From: Deferribacterales bacterium
Lineage (GTDB): Bacteria; Chrysiogenota; Deferribacteres; Deferribacterales; Geovibrionaceae
DNA length: 64,000 nt
Reading direction: 5' to 3'
Assembly: GCA_050253075.1 (NCBI GenBank)
Contig: JBFWJS010000007.1
Coordinates: 113,801 to 177,800 of the forward strand
Positions 38,695 to 47,177 of this stretch are shown here, piece by piece (within the stretch, counting starts at the first letter, position 1; the number at the start of each line of letters is the position of its first letter). The notes under the pieces are model-generated. The model had not been told where the DNA came from and made no database searches. It saw only the letters and a program-made list of their open reading frames with translations. The translations under genes were made by a program, and so were the position numbers.

Positions 38695-39957
38695 GTGTAT
38701 AAAAAGGTCAAAGGATTCAGAGATATATACGGTCTGGAATCCCGATACTGGCAGAAAGTTGAAAAAATCTTCAAAGAAACCTTCCGTTCCTTTAATTATC
38801 AGGAGTTTTACTTACCTGTTTTAGAGAAAGTAGAGGTCTTCGACAGGGGTATCGGAGCTTCCACAGATATAGTTGAAAAAGAGATGTTCGCATTCGAAGA
38901 CAGAGACGGCACAAACGTCGCTCTCCGCCCCGAAGGTACGGCATCCATAGTCAGGGCATATGTAGAGAACAAACTCTATAATCCGCCCGCTACATCCAAG
39001 TATTACTACATCGGCCCGATGTTCCGCCGTGAACGCCCTCAGAAGGGACGTTTCAGACAATTCACACAGGCGGGGATAGAGGTTTTCGGCTCCGGCGGAC
39101 CTGCCATAGACGCAGATGTCATATATATACTTTACAAACTGGCATGCAACCTCGGCATAGAGGACTTTGTCTCTATGGAGATAAATTCCATAGGATGCCC
39201 CGTTTGCAGACCTGCATATAACGAAAAGCTGATAGCATTCTTCGAGTCTAATAAAGAGCACCTCTGCGAGGACTGTCTCCGCAGACTCGGTAAGAACCCT
39301 ATGCGCATCCTCGACTGTAAAAACGAGGGATGCAAGGCTATCACAAAGGATGCACCCGTTGCCCTTGATCACCTCTGCGGTGACTGCGAGGAGCACTTTA
39401 AAGGGGTCAGGGAATACCTCGACACCCTCGGCATGCCTTACAATGTGAACCCTATGATGGTTCGCGGTCTCGACTATTACGTGCGCACTGCTTTCGAGCT
39501 GGTGACAGACAAGCTCGGCTCGCAGTCGGCAGTAGGGGCAGGGGGACGTTACGACGGCCTTATCCAGCTTCTTGGCGGACCGGATGTCCCGGGGATAGGC
39601 TTTGCCACAGGCATAGACAGGATGGTGGCTCTCGCCATGCTGAAAGAGACAGAAAAGGAGAATGAAATAGATGCCTTTGTGGTATCATTTGCAGATATAT
39701 CAGACAAAGCAGCCGTGAAGCTCGTGAATGACATGCGCGGAGCGGGCATCAGTGCTGATATGGACTATGACTTTAAAAAGATGAAAAAACAGTTTTCACT
39801 GGCGGATAAGAACGGAGCACGCTTCACCATTATCCTCGGCGAGGACGAAATGAATAAAAACGCTGCCGCCGTTAAGGATATGGAATCGGGCGAGCAGGTT
39901 GAAGTATCACTTGATCAAATCATTAATCACATATCCGATAAACTCAGGAGGAACTAA
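38695..39957 (+). CDS. hisS: Histidyl-tRNA synthetase
   Basis: KGFRD, LRPEGT, FRRERPQKGRFRQF, RGLDYY, GGRYDG. Confidence 0.98.
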   Translation: MYKKVKGFRDIYGLESRYWQKVEKIFKETFRSFNYQEFYLPVLEKVEVFDRGIGASTDIVEKEMFAFEDRDGTNVALRPEGTASIVRAYVENKLYNPPATSKYYYIGPMFRRERPQKGRFRQFTQAGIEVFGSGGPAIDADVIYILYKLACNLGIEDFVSMEINSIGCPVCRPAYNEKLIAFFESNKEHLCEDCLRRLGKNPMRILDCKNEGCKAITKDAPVALDHLCGDCEEHFKGVREYLDTLGMPYNVNPMMVRGLDYYVRTAFELVTDKLGSQSAVGAGGRYDGLIQLLGGPDVPGIGFATGIDRMVALAMLKETEKENEIDAFVVSFADISDKAAVKLVNDMRGAGISADMDYDFKKMKKQFSLADKNGARFTIILGEDEMNKNAAAVKDMESGEQVEVSLDQIINHISDKLRRN

Positions 39958-39958
39958 A

Positions 39959-41749
39959 TTGCTTTCACACATGGGCGATTGGCGCAGATCACACACATGC
40001 GTACAACTTACAGCTAAAAATATCGGCGAAGAAGTCTGCCTTATGGGCTGGGTTCAGAGACGCAGAGACCACGGCGGAGTAATATTCGTAGACCTTAGAG
40101 ACAGAGAGGGACTGACACAGGTTGTCATGAGCCCTGAATATAATAAAGACGTGCATGCTGTTGCTGACAGCATCAGAAACGAATTTGTAATCGCTATCAA
40201 AGGTAAGGTCGGCATGAGACCTGAAGGCACTATCAACACAAAACTCCCTACGGGAGAGGTTGAAGTGATGGTAGACGAGCTTAAGATACTTAACGCAGCT
40301 CAGACACCTCCTTTCATGATAGACGACTATACAAACGCAAACGAGGACATCAGACTGAAATACAGATACCTCGACCTGCGTAGAAAGAGAATCCAGAGCA
40401 ACCTCATAACACGCCACAACATCGTGCGTACAATGAGAGAATACCTCTACGGCAAAGGCTTCCTCGATATCGAGACACCTTTCCTTACCAAAAGCACACC
40501 GGAAGGCGCAAGAGACTATCTCGTTCCTTCACGTGTTAACCCGGGCAAGTGCTATGCGCTGCCTCAGTCTCCTCAGATGTTTAAACAGCTTCTGATGGTG
40601 GGTGGATACGACAAATACTTCCAGATCGTGAAATGCTTCCGTGATGAAGACCTCAGAGCTGACCGTCAGCCTGAATTCACACAGCTCGATATGGAAATGT
40701 CTTTCATCGACCGTGAGGACCTTATGGACCTTATCGAAGGTATGTTCATACAGATATTTAAAAATATCAAAGGTATAGAGCTTACCCCAGGATTCCCTAG
40801 AATGTCCTATGACGACGCTATGGAAAAATACGGACACGATGCTCCGGATACCAGATTCGATATGTTCCTTAAAACAATTAATGAACTTGTTGCAGATTGC
40901 GGTTTCAAAGTATTTAGAGAAGTGGTTGCCGAAGGCGGCGTGGTTAAAGCTATCAACGCCAAAGGCGCAGGCGAGAAGATGTCCCGTAAGGATATCGACG
41001 AGCTCACAGAGCTTGCTACCAGCCTCGGTGCAGGTGGACTCGCATACATTAAGGTGAATGAAGACGGCTTACAGTCTCCGATAGTTAAGTTTTTAGGAGA
41101 TTCAGCCGATAGTATTGTTAGTGCTATGGATGGACAGCCCGGAGACATCATATTCTTCGGCGCAGGCAAGAAAGAGACAGTTAACCTCTATATGTCTAAA
41201 GTAAGACTGAAGCTCGGAAGAGACCTCGGCCTTCTCGACGGAGAGAAATACTCTTTCACATGGGTTCTCGATTTCCCTCTGCTCGACTACGATGCAGAAG
41301 ATAAGAGATACGTGGCTATGCACCACCCGTTCACAGCGCCGCTTGACGAAGATATTCCGCTGTTTGACACAGACCCCGGTCAGATGAGAGCAAAGGCTTA
41401 TGACCTTGTGCTTAACGGTTCTGAAATAGGCGGGGGCTCCATAAGGATACACCGCAGTGACGTACAGGAGAAAATGTTCAACTCTCTCGGATTTTCCGAA
41501 GAAGAGCGTGAGTATAAGTTCGGCTTCTTCATCGAAGCGCTCAGATACGGAACACCTCCTCACGGCGGTATCGCATTCGGAGTAGACAGGATTTCCACTA
41601 TCCTCACAGGCTCTGACTCTATCAGGGACGTAATTGCCTTCCCTAAAACTCAGAAGGCGACTGATATGATGTCCGATGCACCGAGCAAGGTGGATGATAA
41701 ACAGCTCAAAGAACTGTTTATGAAGTTCGAAGTCGTTGAAAATGATTGA
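39959..41749 (+). CDS. aspS: Aspartyl-tRNA synthetase, probably non-discriminating (Asp/Asn)
   Basis: RLKYRYLDLR, FRDEDLRADRQPEFTQLD, PPHGG; DHGG and PEG residues typical of the non-discriminating type; start TTG 39959 after AGGAGG. Confidence 0.96.
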   Translation: MLSHMGDWRRSHTCVQLTAKNIGEEVCLMGWVQRRRDHGGVIFVDLRDREGLTQVVMSPEYNKDVHAVADSIRNEFVIAIKGKVGMRPEGTINTKLPTGEVEVMVDELKILNAAQTPPFMIDDYTNANEDIRLKYRYLDLRRKRIQSNLITRHNIVRTMREYLYGKGFLDIETPFLTKSTPEGARDYLVPSRVNPGKCYALPQSPQMFKQLLMVGGYDKYFQIVKCFRDEDLRADRQPEFTQLDMEMSFIDREDLMDLIEGMFIQIFKNIKGIELTPGFPRMSYDDAMEKYGHDAPDTRFDMFLKTINELVADCGFKVFREVVAEGGVVKAINAKGAGEKMSRKDIDELTELATSLGAGGLAYIKVNEDGLQSPIVKFLGDSADSIVSAMDGQPGDIIFFGAGKKETVNLYMSKVRLKLGRDLGLLDGEKYSFTWVLDFPLLDYDAEDKRYVAMHHPFTAPLDEDIPLFDTDPGQMRAKAYDLVLNGSEIGGGSIRIHRSDVQEKMFNSLGFSEEEREYKFGFFIEALRYGTPPHGGIAFGVDRISTILTGSDSIRDVIAFPKTQKATDMMSDAPSKVDDKQLKELFMKFEVVEND

Positions 41750-41752
41750 TAT

Positions 41753-41780
41753 TTGACAACTTCTGAATTTGACATATAAT
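41753..41780 (+). promoter_or_regulatory. Sigma70-type promoter of the LysM lipoprotein gene
   Basis: TTGACA-N16-TATAAT. Confidence 0.7.
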
Positions 41781-41830
41781 AAATGTTATGTTAGCATTTA
41801 AGTAATACTAGAAACTTAAGGGAGGATTCC

Positions 41831-42676
41831 ATGACCAAAGTTTCCAAACTGATTATGTTTGCTGCTTTAATGGCTGCACTCGTTGTTACAGGCTGTTCTA
41901 AACCGCCGGTACAAGAGATGGACAACGCTAAGGCTGCTATGAAAGCTGCACAGGAAAGCGGTGCAGAGAAATGTGCGTCTGAAGAGTACGCAAGAGCAAA
42001 GGCGGCTGTTGCTGCTGCAGAAGCTAAAATGGCTGAAGCAGAGCAGAGCGGCGATAAAGGTGCTCTTTACAAAGAAGCTAAAGAAGAGCTTCTCGCAGCT
42101 ATCGCTGATTTCGAGAAGGCTAAAGAGATCGCCGGTGAGCGTTCTAAGATAAATGATAAAGCACAAGCTGAGCTTGATGCTGTTAAAAAGAAGCTGAATG
42201 CTGCCGCTGCTGAAGATGGCCAGTACTCACCTTCCTATACAGAAGCTGAGGCTAAAATAGCTAAAGCTCAGGCACTCATCGACGAGTGTGAAGGCGAGAA
42301 AGCACTTGCTGTTCTCCAGCAGGTATCTATCGACAGCGATAAGATCCAGCAGGAGATCGTAGAGGGCAAAGCTGCTGCTATGAAAGCTGAAGCTGAGCGT
42401 AAAGCTAAGCTGAGAGCTCAGATGCTCGCTGCTCAGACAGAGGACTACAAAGTTACTAAGGGTGACAACCTCTGGAACATCTCTAAAGCTAAGTACATGA
42501 ACCCATTTATGTGGCCACTCATTTACTGGTCAAACAAAGAGATGATCAAAGATCCTGACCTCATTTTCCCTGGCCAGATCTTTAAGATCCGTAAATACTT
42601 CGAAGATGATGAGAAAGCTAAGGCTGACAACTTCGCAAGAACAAGAGGACCTTGGTCACTCTTCGACGGAAAGTAA
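41831..42676 (+). CDS. Lipoprotein with an Ala-rich helical (DUF4398-like) region and a LysM domain
   Basis: Lipobox VVTGC; A/E/K-rich helices; YKVTKGDNLWNIS...WPLIY..N...IKDPDLIFPGQ. Confidence 0.88.
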   Translation: MTKVSKLIMFAALMAALVVTGCSKPPVQEMDNAKAAMKAAQESGAEKCASEEYARAKAAVAAAEAKMAEAEQSGDKGALYKEAKEELLAAIADFEKAKEIAGERSKINDKAQAELDAVKKKLNAAAAEDGQYSPSYTEAEAKIAKAQALIDECEGEKALAVLQQVSIDSDKIQQEIVEGKAAAMKAEAERKAKLRAQMLAAQTEDYKVTKGDNLWNISKAKYMNPFMWPLIYWSNKEMIKDPDLIFPGQIFKIRKYFEDDEKAKADNFARTRGPWSLFDGK

Positions 42677-42699
42677 GAGAACCTCTCATACTATAAACG

Positions 42700-42732
42700 A
42701 AAGGCGGGTACGTTTTGTATCCGCCTTTTTTT
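42700..42732 (+). terminator. Intrinsic terminator
   Basis: AAAGGCGGGTAC-gtttt-GTATCCGCCTTTTTTT. Confidence 0.88.
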
Positions 42733-42742
42733 ATTTCTACAC

Positions 42743-42829
42743 ATCATTTTATGCTGCTTTGAAAAAGCCTCAAGGCGGTTACTAGACGTCTGAGACTCTC
42801 ACGTCAGGCTTTGCCTTCCTCAGAGTGAC
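42743..42829. repeat. Degenerate REP-like palindromic element
   Basis: Ends with GAGACTCTCAC...AGGC-ttt-GCCT...CTCAGAGTGAC; the left arm ATCATTTTATG...AAAAAGCCTCA is eroded; lies between two convergent terminators. Confidence 0.45.
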
Positions 42830-42862
42830 GCTTACCATTATATAACCCGGATAATTTTAGAT

Positions 42863-42894
42863 AAAAAAAGAGGGGACAGCAGATACTATCCCCT
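42863..42894 (-). terminator. Intrinsic terminator of the gamma-CA gene
   Basis: Minus strand AGGGGATAG-N6-CTGTCCCCT-CTTTTTTT. Confidence 0.8.
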
Positions 42895-42933
42895 TAAGAT
42901 TTTAATATTATGATTAGTCAGATGCTATCTTTA

Positions 42934-43464
42934 CTATGCTTTTTCACAGCCCTCTGAGAGGTACAGAGCCTTATATTTCACATATCTGTCGGCATAGTCT
43001 CTTATGCCCTTTATATCGTCTTCATTCAGTGTCTTAGCGACCTTTGCAGGGCTGCCCATAAGCAGAGAGTTCGGAGGGAATACCTTTCCAGGCGGAACAA
43101 GTGTGCCCGCTGCCACGATGCTGTTTTCGCCTATGACAGAGTTATCCAGCACTATGGCGCCTATGCCTATCAGAACATTGTCTTTTATTGTACAGCCATG
43201 AAGCATGGCGTTGTGACCTATCGTGACGTAGTCGCCTATGACGGTAGGGTATTTATCCAGAGTGGTGTGAATGACTGTGCCGTCCTGAACATTTGAACAT
43301 TTGCCGACGGTTATCTTTTCCACGTCGCCCCTGAGGACAACATTGAACCATATGCTGGAATCGTCAGCAAGTTCAACTTCGCCAATAACATCAGCACTAT
43401 CAGCTATATATACATCTTTACCTACTGTTGGTTTTGTCTTTAATCGCCTTTTTACACTCTCCAT
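42934..43464 (-). CDS. Gamma carbonic anhydrase family protein (YrdA-like)
   Basis: Hexapeptide repeats; VLRGD, SNVQDGTVIH, IGHNAMLHGC, GSPAK. Confidence 0.93.
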   Translation of the reverse strand: MESVKRRLKTKPTVGKDVYIADSADVIGEVELADDSSIWFNVVLRGDVEKITVGKCSNVQDGTVIHTTLDKYPTVIGDYVTIGHNAMLHGCTIKDNVLIGIGAIVLDNSVIGENSIVAAGTLVPPGKVFPPNSLLMGSPAKVAKTLNEDDIKGIRDYADRYVKYKALYLSEGCEKA

Positions 43465-43679
43465 TTTTGCCCCTCTTAAATTGTAATATTACCTGAAAAT
43501 TATCATAAAGCACTCTTGGGAAAGGTCAATATAAAATATAGTATTGACTATATATTAAATATTTTTAACAACGGATGTATGATGTCTATATATAACAGTG
43601 TAATAAAATTTAACTTACTTCTTGACAACGATTCTCAATTTAATATATACTCAACCATTACTATAAGCAGGGGTGAGTT

Positions 43680-44216
43680 ATGTCATATGGAATAAAACTG
43701 AGAGATACCAGAAAAAAACTTGGTATGACTCTCGAGGATATCTCACAAAAGACTGGATTTACAAAGAGTTTCATCAGCCAGATAGAAAACGGAAAGAACT
43801 CTCCGTCTATCGCCTCTTTGAAGAAAATATGCTATGCGCTCGGAACCACCATCAGCGAGCTGTTTGAAGACGAAAGAAACATCGTTAATATTTTCAGCGA
43901 GCCAGACTTTAAAGTTTTGAGAAACAAAAGCATTTCCATGTCTTTTCTCGCATCAAAACTTGTTAACCGCAAAATGGAACCGATACTCATCGAGCTGGAT
44001 CCATACGGTGAAACAGGTTCCGATTACTACCACCACACAGGCGAAGAGCTTGGGTATGTTATAGAGGGTGAGATCTGCGTAGTGATAGGCAATGACGAGC
44101 ATTACCTTACTACAGGTCAGTGCATCTACTTCAGCTCTAATCTGCCTCATAAGATAAGAAACAGGACAGACAAGCCTGCTGTGGCTTTCTGGGTAGGTAC
44201 TCCGCCAAGTTTTTAA
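43680..44216 (+). CDS. XRE-family HTH regulator with cupin domain (paralog of 15384-15932)
   Basis: TLEDISQKTGFTKSFISQIENGK.SPS; HTGEELGYVIEG; PHK; ends TPPSF. Confidence 0.93.
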   Translation: MSYGIKLRDTRKKLGMTLEDISQKTGFTKSFISQIENGKNSPSIASLKKICYALGTTISELFEDERNIVNIFSEPDFKVLRNKSISMSFLASKLVNRKMEPILIELDPYGETGSDYYHHTGEELGYVIEGEICVVIGNDEHYLTTGQCIYFSSNLPHKIRNRTDKPAVAFWVGTPPSF

Positions 44217-44258
44217 ACTTGACGTACCTGCTTTAATATACTAACTTAGCTGTGCTTG

Positions 44259-44343
44259 GATCCGGAAGGACCGAGACACGAGAAAAGTTTAACCTGCCTT
44301 TCACCGTGCTCGAATTGCGTCCTCCGTTACCTTGCAGCGGAGG
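44259..44343 (+). ncRNA. pan-motif-like cis-regulatory RNA leader
   Basis: Two nested stems, each with a bulged A: CGGA(A)GGAC/GTCCTCCG and CGAG(A)CACG/CGTGCTCG, directly upstream of panB. Candidate promoter TTGACG-N17-TAACTT at 44219-44247. Confidence 0.7.
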
Positions 44344-44351
44344 TGTAAGAA

Positions 44352-45161
44352 GTGAGCAAATATTCAGAGCTTAAAAATTTTAACCTTAATACATTCAAAA
44401 AGATGAAAGAGGACGGTGAGAAGATCACATGCATCACCGCCTACGACTATACATCAGCTAAAATACTGGACAATGCAGGCATCGAGATGATCCTCACAGG
44501 GGACAGCCTCGGCAATGTAATGAACGGTTACGCCAACTCTATACCCGTCACAATGGAAGAGATGATATACCACGCAAAGGCCGTCAAAAGGGCTGTGAGC
44601 CGTGCTTATCTCATCGTCGATATGCCTTTCGGCAGCTTTCAGATTTCTGATGAAGAGACCCTTAGAAATGCAATCAGGCTTGTAAAAGAAACAGGGTTTG
44701 ATTCTGTGAAGTTAGAGGGCGGTAAAAATAAGGCTCCTATCGTTAAGCGTCTCACCGAAGAGGGGATCGCCGTTATGGGGCACATCGGGCTGATGCCTCA
44801 GATGGTAAATGCCATGGGCGGATTCAGAGTTCAGGGGCGTAACGGTCATGAAGCAATGCTCGAGGACGCACTCGCACTGGAAGAGGCGGGAGCATACTCA
44901 ATAGTTATAGAGGGCTGTGTCGCCGATACTGCGGAAAAGGTGTCTAAAGGCATCAAGATACCGACAATAGGCATAGGCGCAGGAGCGGGCTGTGACGGAC
45001 AGGTGCTTGTGTATCACGACGTATTCGGCCTGTACGACGACTTCACGCCGAAATTCGTAAAACAGTACGCAGACGTTAAAAGTGTCATCACAGACGCATG
45101 TAAGCAGTATATCGATGAGGTTAAATCCTCAAAATTCCCAAGTAAAGAATATTCATACTAG
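44352..45161 (+). CDS. panB: 3-methyl-2-oxobutanoate hydroxymethyltransferase
   Basis: TAYD, GDSLG, DMPFGS, VKLEGG, GHIGL.PQ, IGIGAG..CDGQVLV. Confidence 0.98.
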   Translation: MSKYSELKNFNLNTFKKMKEDGEKITCITAYDYTSAKILDNAGIEMILTGDSLGNVMNGYANSIPVTMEEMIYHAKAVKRAVSRAYLIVDMPFGSFQISDEETLRNAIRLVKETGFDSVKLEGGKNKAPIVKRLTEEGIAVMGHIGLMPQMVNAMGGFRVQGRNGHEAMLEDALALEEAGAYSIVIEGCVADTAEKVSKGIKIPTIGIGAGAGCDGQVLVYHDVFGLYDDFTPKFVKQYADVKSVITDACKQYIDEVKSSKFPSKEYSY

Positions 45162-45168
45162 GCGAAAA

Positions 45169-46014
45169 ATGAAAGTAATAGAAACAGTTAAAGAAACCAA
45201 AGCGGTTATAAAAGCTCTCAAAGCAGAAGGGAAAACAGTGGGGCTTGTGCCTACGATGGGCTTTCTTCATGCAGGCCATGCCAGCCTTGTTAAAGAGAGC
45301 GTTGCGAATAATGACGTAACGATCGTTAGTATTTTTGTAAATCCGACACAGTTTGGCCCCAACGAAGACCTCGAGGCATACCCTAGAGACTTCGAAAGTG
45401 ATAAAGCTCTGCTGACAGAGGCGGGAGCGGACTTCATATTTTACCCTACGCCAAAGGAAATGTATCCCGAAGGGTTCAGTACTAAAGTTGCCCTTACGGG
45501 GCTGACAGAGGCTCTCTGCGGGCTTTCACGTCCGGGGCATTTCGACGGTGTCGCCACTGTTGTCACAAAGCTGTTTAATATAGCAACCCCCGACAGAGCA
45601 TATTTCGGTTCGAAGGATTATCAGCAGCTTCAGGTGATAAAGCGCATGGTAAGCGACATGAATATGGATGTGGAGATTGTCGGGATGCCTATCATACGTG
45701 AGTCTGACGGGCTCGCACTCAGCTCCAGAAATGTGTATCTGGGTGCAGACGAGCGTGAGGCGGCACTCAGCCTTTCACGTTCTTTCGATATCATACAAAA
45801 AGAGCTTGAAAACGGAGAGCGTGACGCCAAAGTTATCAGGCAGAAGGTAATAGACTTTATACACTCCCATAAGGGGACCGCTGTGGACTATGCCGAGCTG
45901 GTACACCCTGCGGAGCTGTATTCACTGGAAAGTATTAAAGGCGACTTTGTCACTGCACTCGCTGTTAAGGTGGGCAGGGCAAGGCTGATAGATAATAAAT
46001 ATTTTACTATATAA
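45169..46014 (+). CDS. panC: Pantoate-beta-alanine ligase
   Basis: [46 protein letters not shown]; start moved to ATG 45169. Confidence 0.98.
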   Translation: MKVIETVKETKAVIKALKAEGKTVGLVPTMGFLHAGHASLVKESVANNDVTIVSIFVNPTQFGPNEDLEAYPRDFESDKALLTEAGADFIFYPTPKEMYPEGFSTKVALTGLTEALCGLSRPGHFDGVATVVTKLFNIATPDRAYFGSKDYQQLQVIKRMVSDMNMDVEIVGMPIIRESDGLALSSRNVYLGADEREAALSLSRSFDIIQKELENGERDAKVIRQKVIDFIHSHKGTAVDYAELVHPAELYSLESIKGDFVTALAVKVGRARLIDNKYFTI

Positions 46015-46025
46015 AGAGGTTAGAA

Positions 46026-46394
46026 ATGCTCAGAGAAATGTTTAAATCAAAGATCCACAGAGCAACAGTAACAGATGCAGACCTTCATTATGAAGGGAGC
46101 ATAGGCATAGACGAAGACCTTATCGAAGCCGCAGGCATGAGAGAATACGAAAAGGTCGATATCTGGAACATTACAAACGGCGCACGTTTCTATACATACA
46201 TCATCAAAGGACGCAGAGGAAGCGGCGAGATTTGCCTTAACGGTGCTGCAGCCAGACACGTACAGGTCGGCGACATGGTCATCATCGCCACATTCGCCAT
46301 GATGGACGAAAAAGACCTCGAAGATTATAAACCGACTGTCGTACAAGTAGACGCACAAAACAGAATAGTGAACAAAGAAGGCGCATTAGTTTAA
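46026..46394 (+). CDS. panD: Aspartate 1-decarboxylase
   Basis: [14 protein letters not shown] cleavage site, [14 protein letters not shown]. Confidence 0.98.
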   Translation: MLREMFKSKIHRATVTDADLHYEGSIGIDEDLIEAAGMREYEKVDIWNITNGARFYTYIIKGRRGSGEICLNGAAARHVQVGDMVIIATFAMMDEKDLEDYKPTVVQVDAQNRIVNKEGALV

Positions 46395-46401
46395 TCTAGT
46401 A

Positions 46402-46647
46402 GCTATAAGGCACAGGACGTGCCTCACGGAGCTGTGTGCACAGCACACGGCAGAGTGGAAGCGCAGCATTAACTTGTTGATGCGGAGCGTAACACAAAAA
46501 TTATACGATGTAATTTTTGTGCTGGCTATTAGTCACAGGAAGTGCCTCACGGAGCTGTGTGCGCAGCACACGGCAGAGTGGAAGCGCAGCATTAACTTGT
46601 TGATGCGGAGCGTAACACAAAAATTATACGACGTAATTTTTGTGCTG
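46402..46647 (+). repeat. Tandem duplication of a 123-bp multi-hairpin non-coding unit (2 copies)
   Basis: Copy 1 at 46402-46524 and copy 2 at 46525-46647 differ at 5 positions; four hairpins per unit. Confidence 0.93.
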
Positions 46648-46724
46648 ATAATCAGGTGTTAGTTTAACATTTGCATAAACCTGAAATGCCTGTTATTATT
46701 TTAGAAAATAGCTGAGGTTTATTT

Positions 46725-47177
46725 ATGGCTGAATATAAGCAATATGTTAACCTTCTGCTTAACAATGAGAAATATGGCATAGATATCATGGATATAGAGG
46801 AGATCCTCCGTATGCTTGATATCACTAAGGTGCCGAAAGCTCCTAGTTTTGTAGAGGGCATTATTAATATCAGGGGGAAGGTCATCCCTATCGTTGACCT
46901 TAGGAAGAAGCTTGGTCTTATGGCTCCTGAATATACAAATTCTACCAGAATCATCGTTGTGAACCTGAAGGGGAAACAGGTCGGCTTCATCGTTGACCAT
47001 GTGGAGGAAGTTCTCAGAGTTGACAGCAGCCTTGTGGATAGAGCTCCGGCGTCTTCCACCGGTGTAGACAGCTCCTATATCAGAGGCGTAGCCAGACTGC
47101 ATACAGGAATGGTGATCATTCTGAATGTCCATCAGATCTTCGGCAAAGGCGAATCAAGCGCACTCAGCATGTTTTAA
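46725..47177 (+). CDS. cheW: Chemotaxis coupling protein
   Basis: YGIDI..IEEI, ITKVPKAP.FVEGIINIRGKVIPIVDL, GFIVD.V.EV. Confidence 0.96.
   Translation: MAEYKQYVNLLLNNEKYGIDIMDIEEILRMLDITKVPKAPSFVEGIINIRGKVIPIVDLRKKLGLMAPEYTNSTRIIVVNLKGKQVGFIVDHVEEVLRVDSSLVDRAPASSTGVDSSYIRGVARLHTGMVIILNVHQIFGKGESSALSMF

Noticed and set aside
41900..42440. GCT/AAA/GAA-rich quasi-repeats
   Set aside because: Explained by the Ala/Glu/Lys-rich helical protein, not a DNA repeat.
46402..46647. CRISPR array
   Set aside because: Two contiguous 123-bp units with no unique spacers and no cas genes.
46474..46662. 62-aa ORF inside the tandem repeat (possible toxin peptide)
   Set aside because: It stays open because the period is a multiple of 3; it has a TTG start, no clear SD and no full transmembrane helix. 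Not fully excluded.
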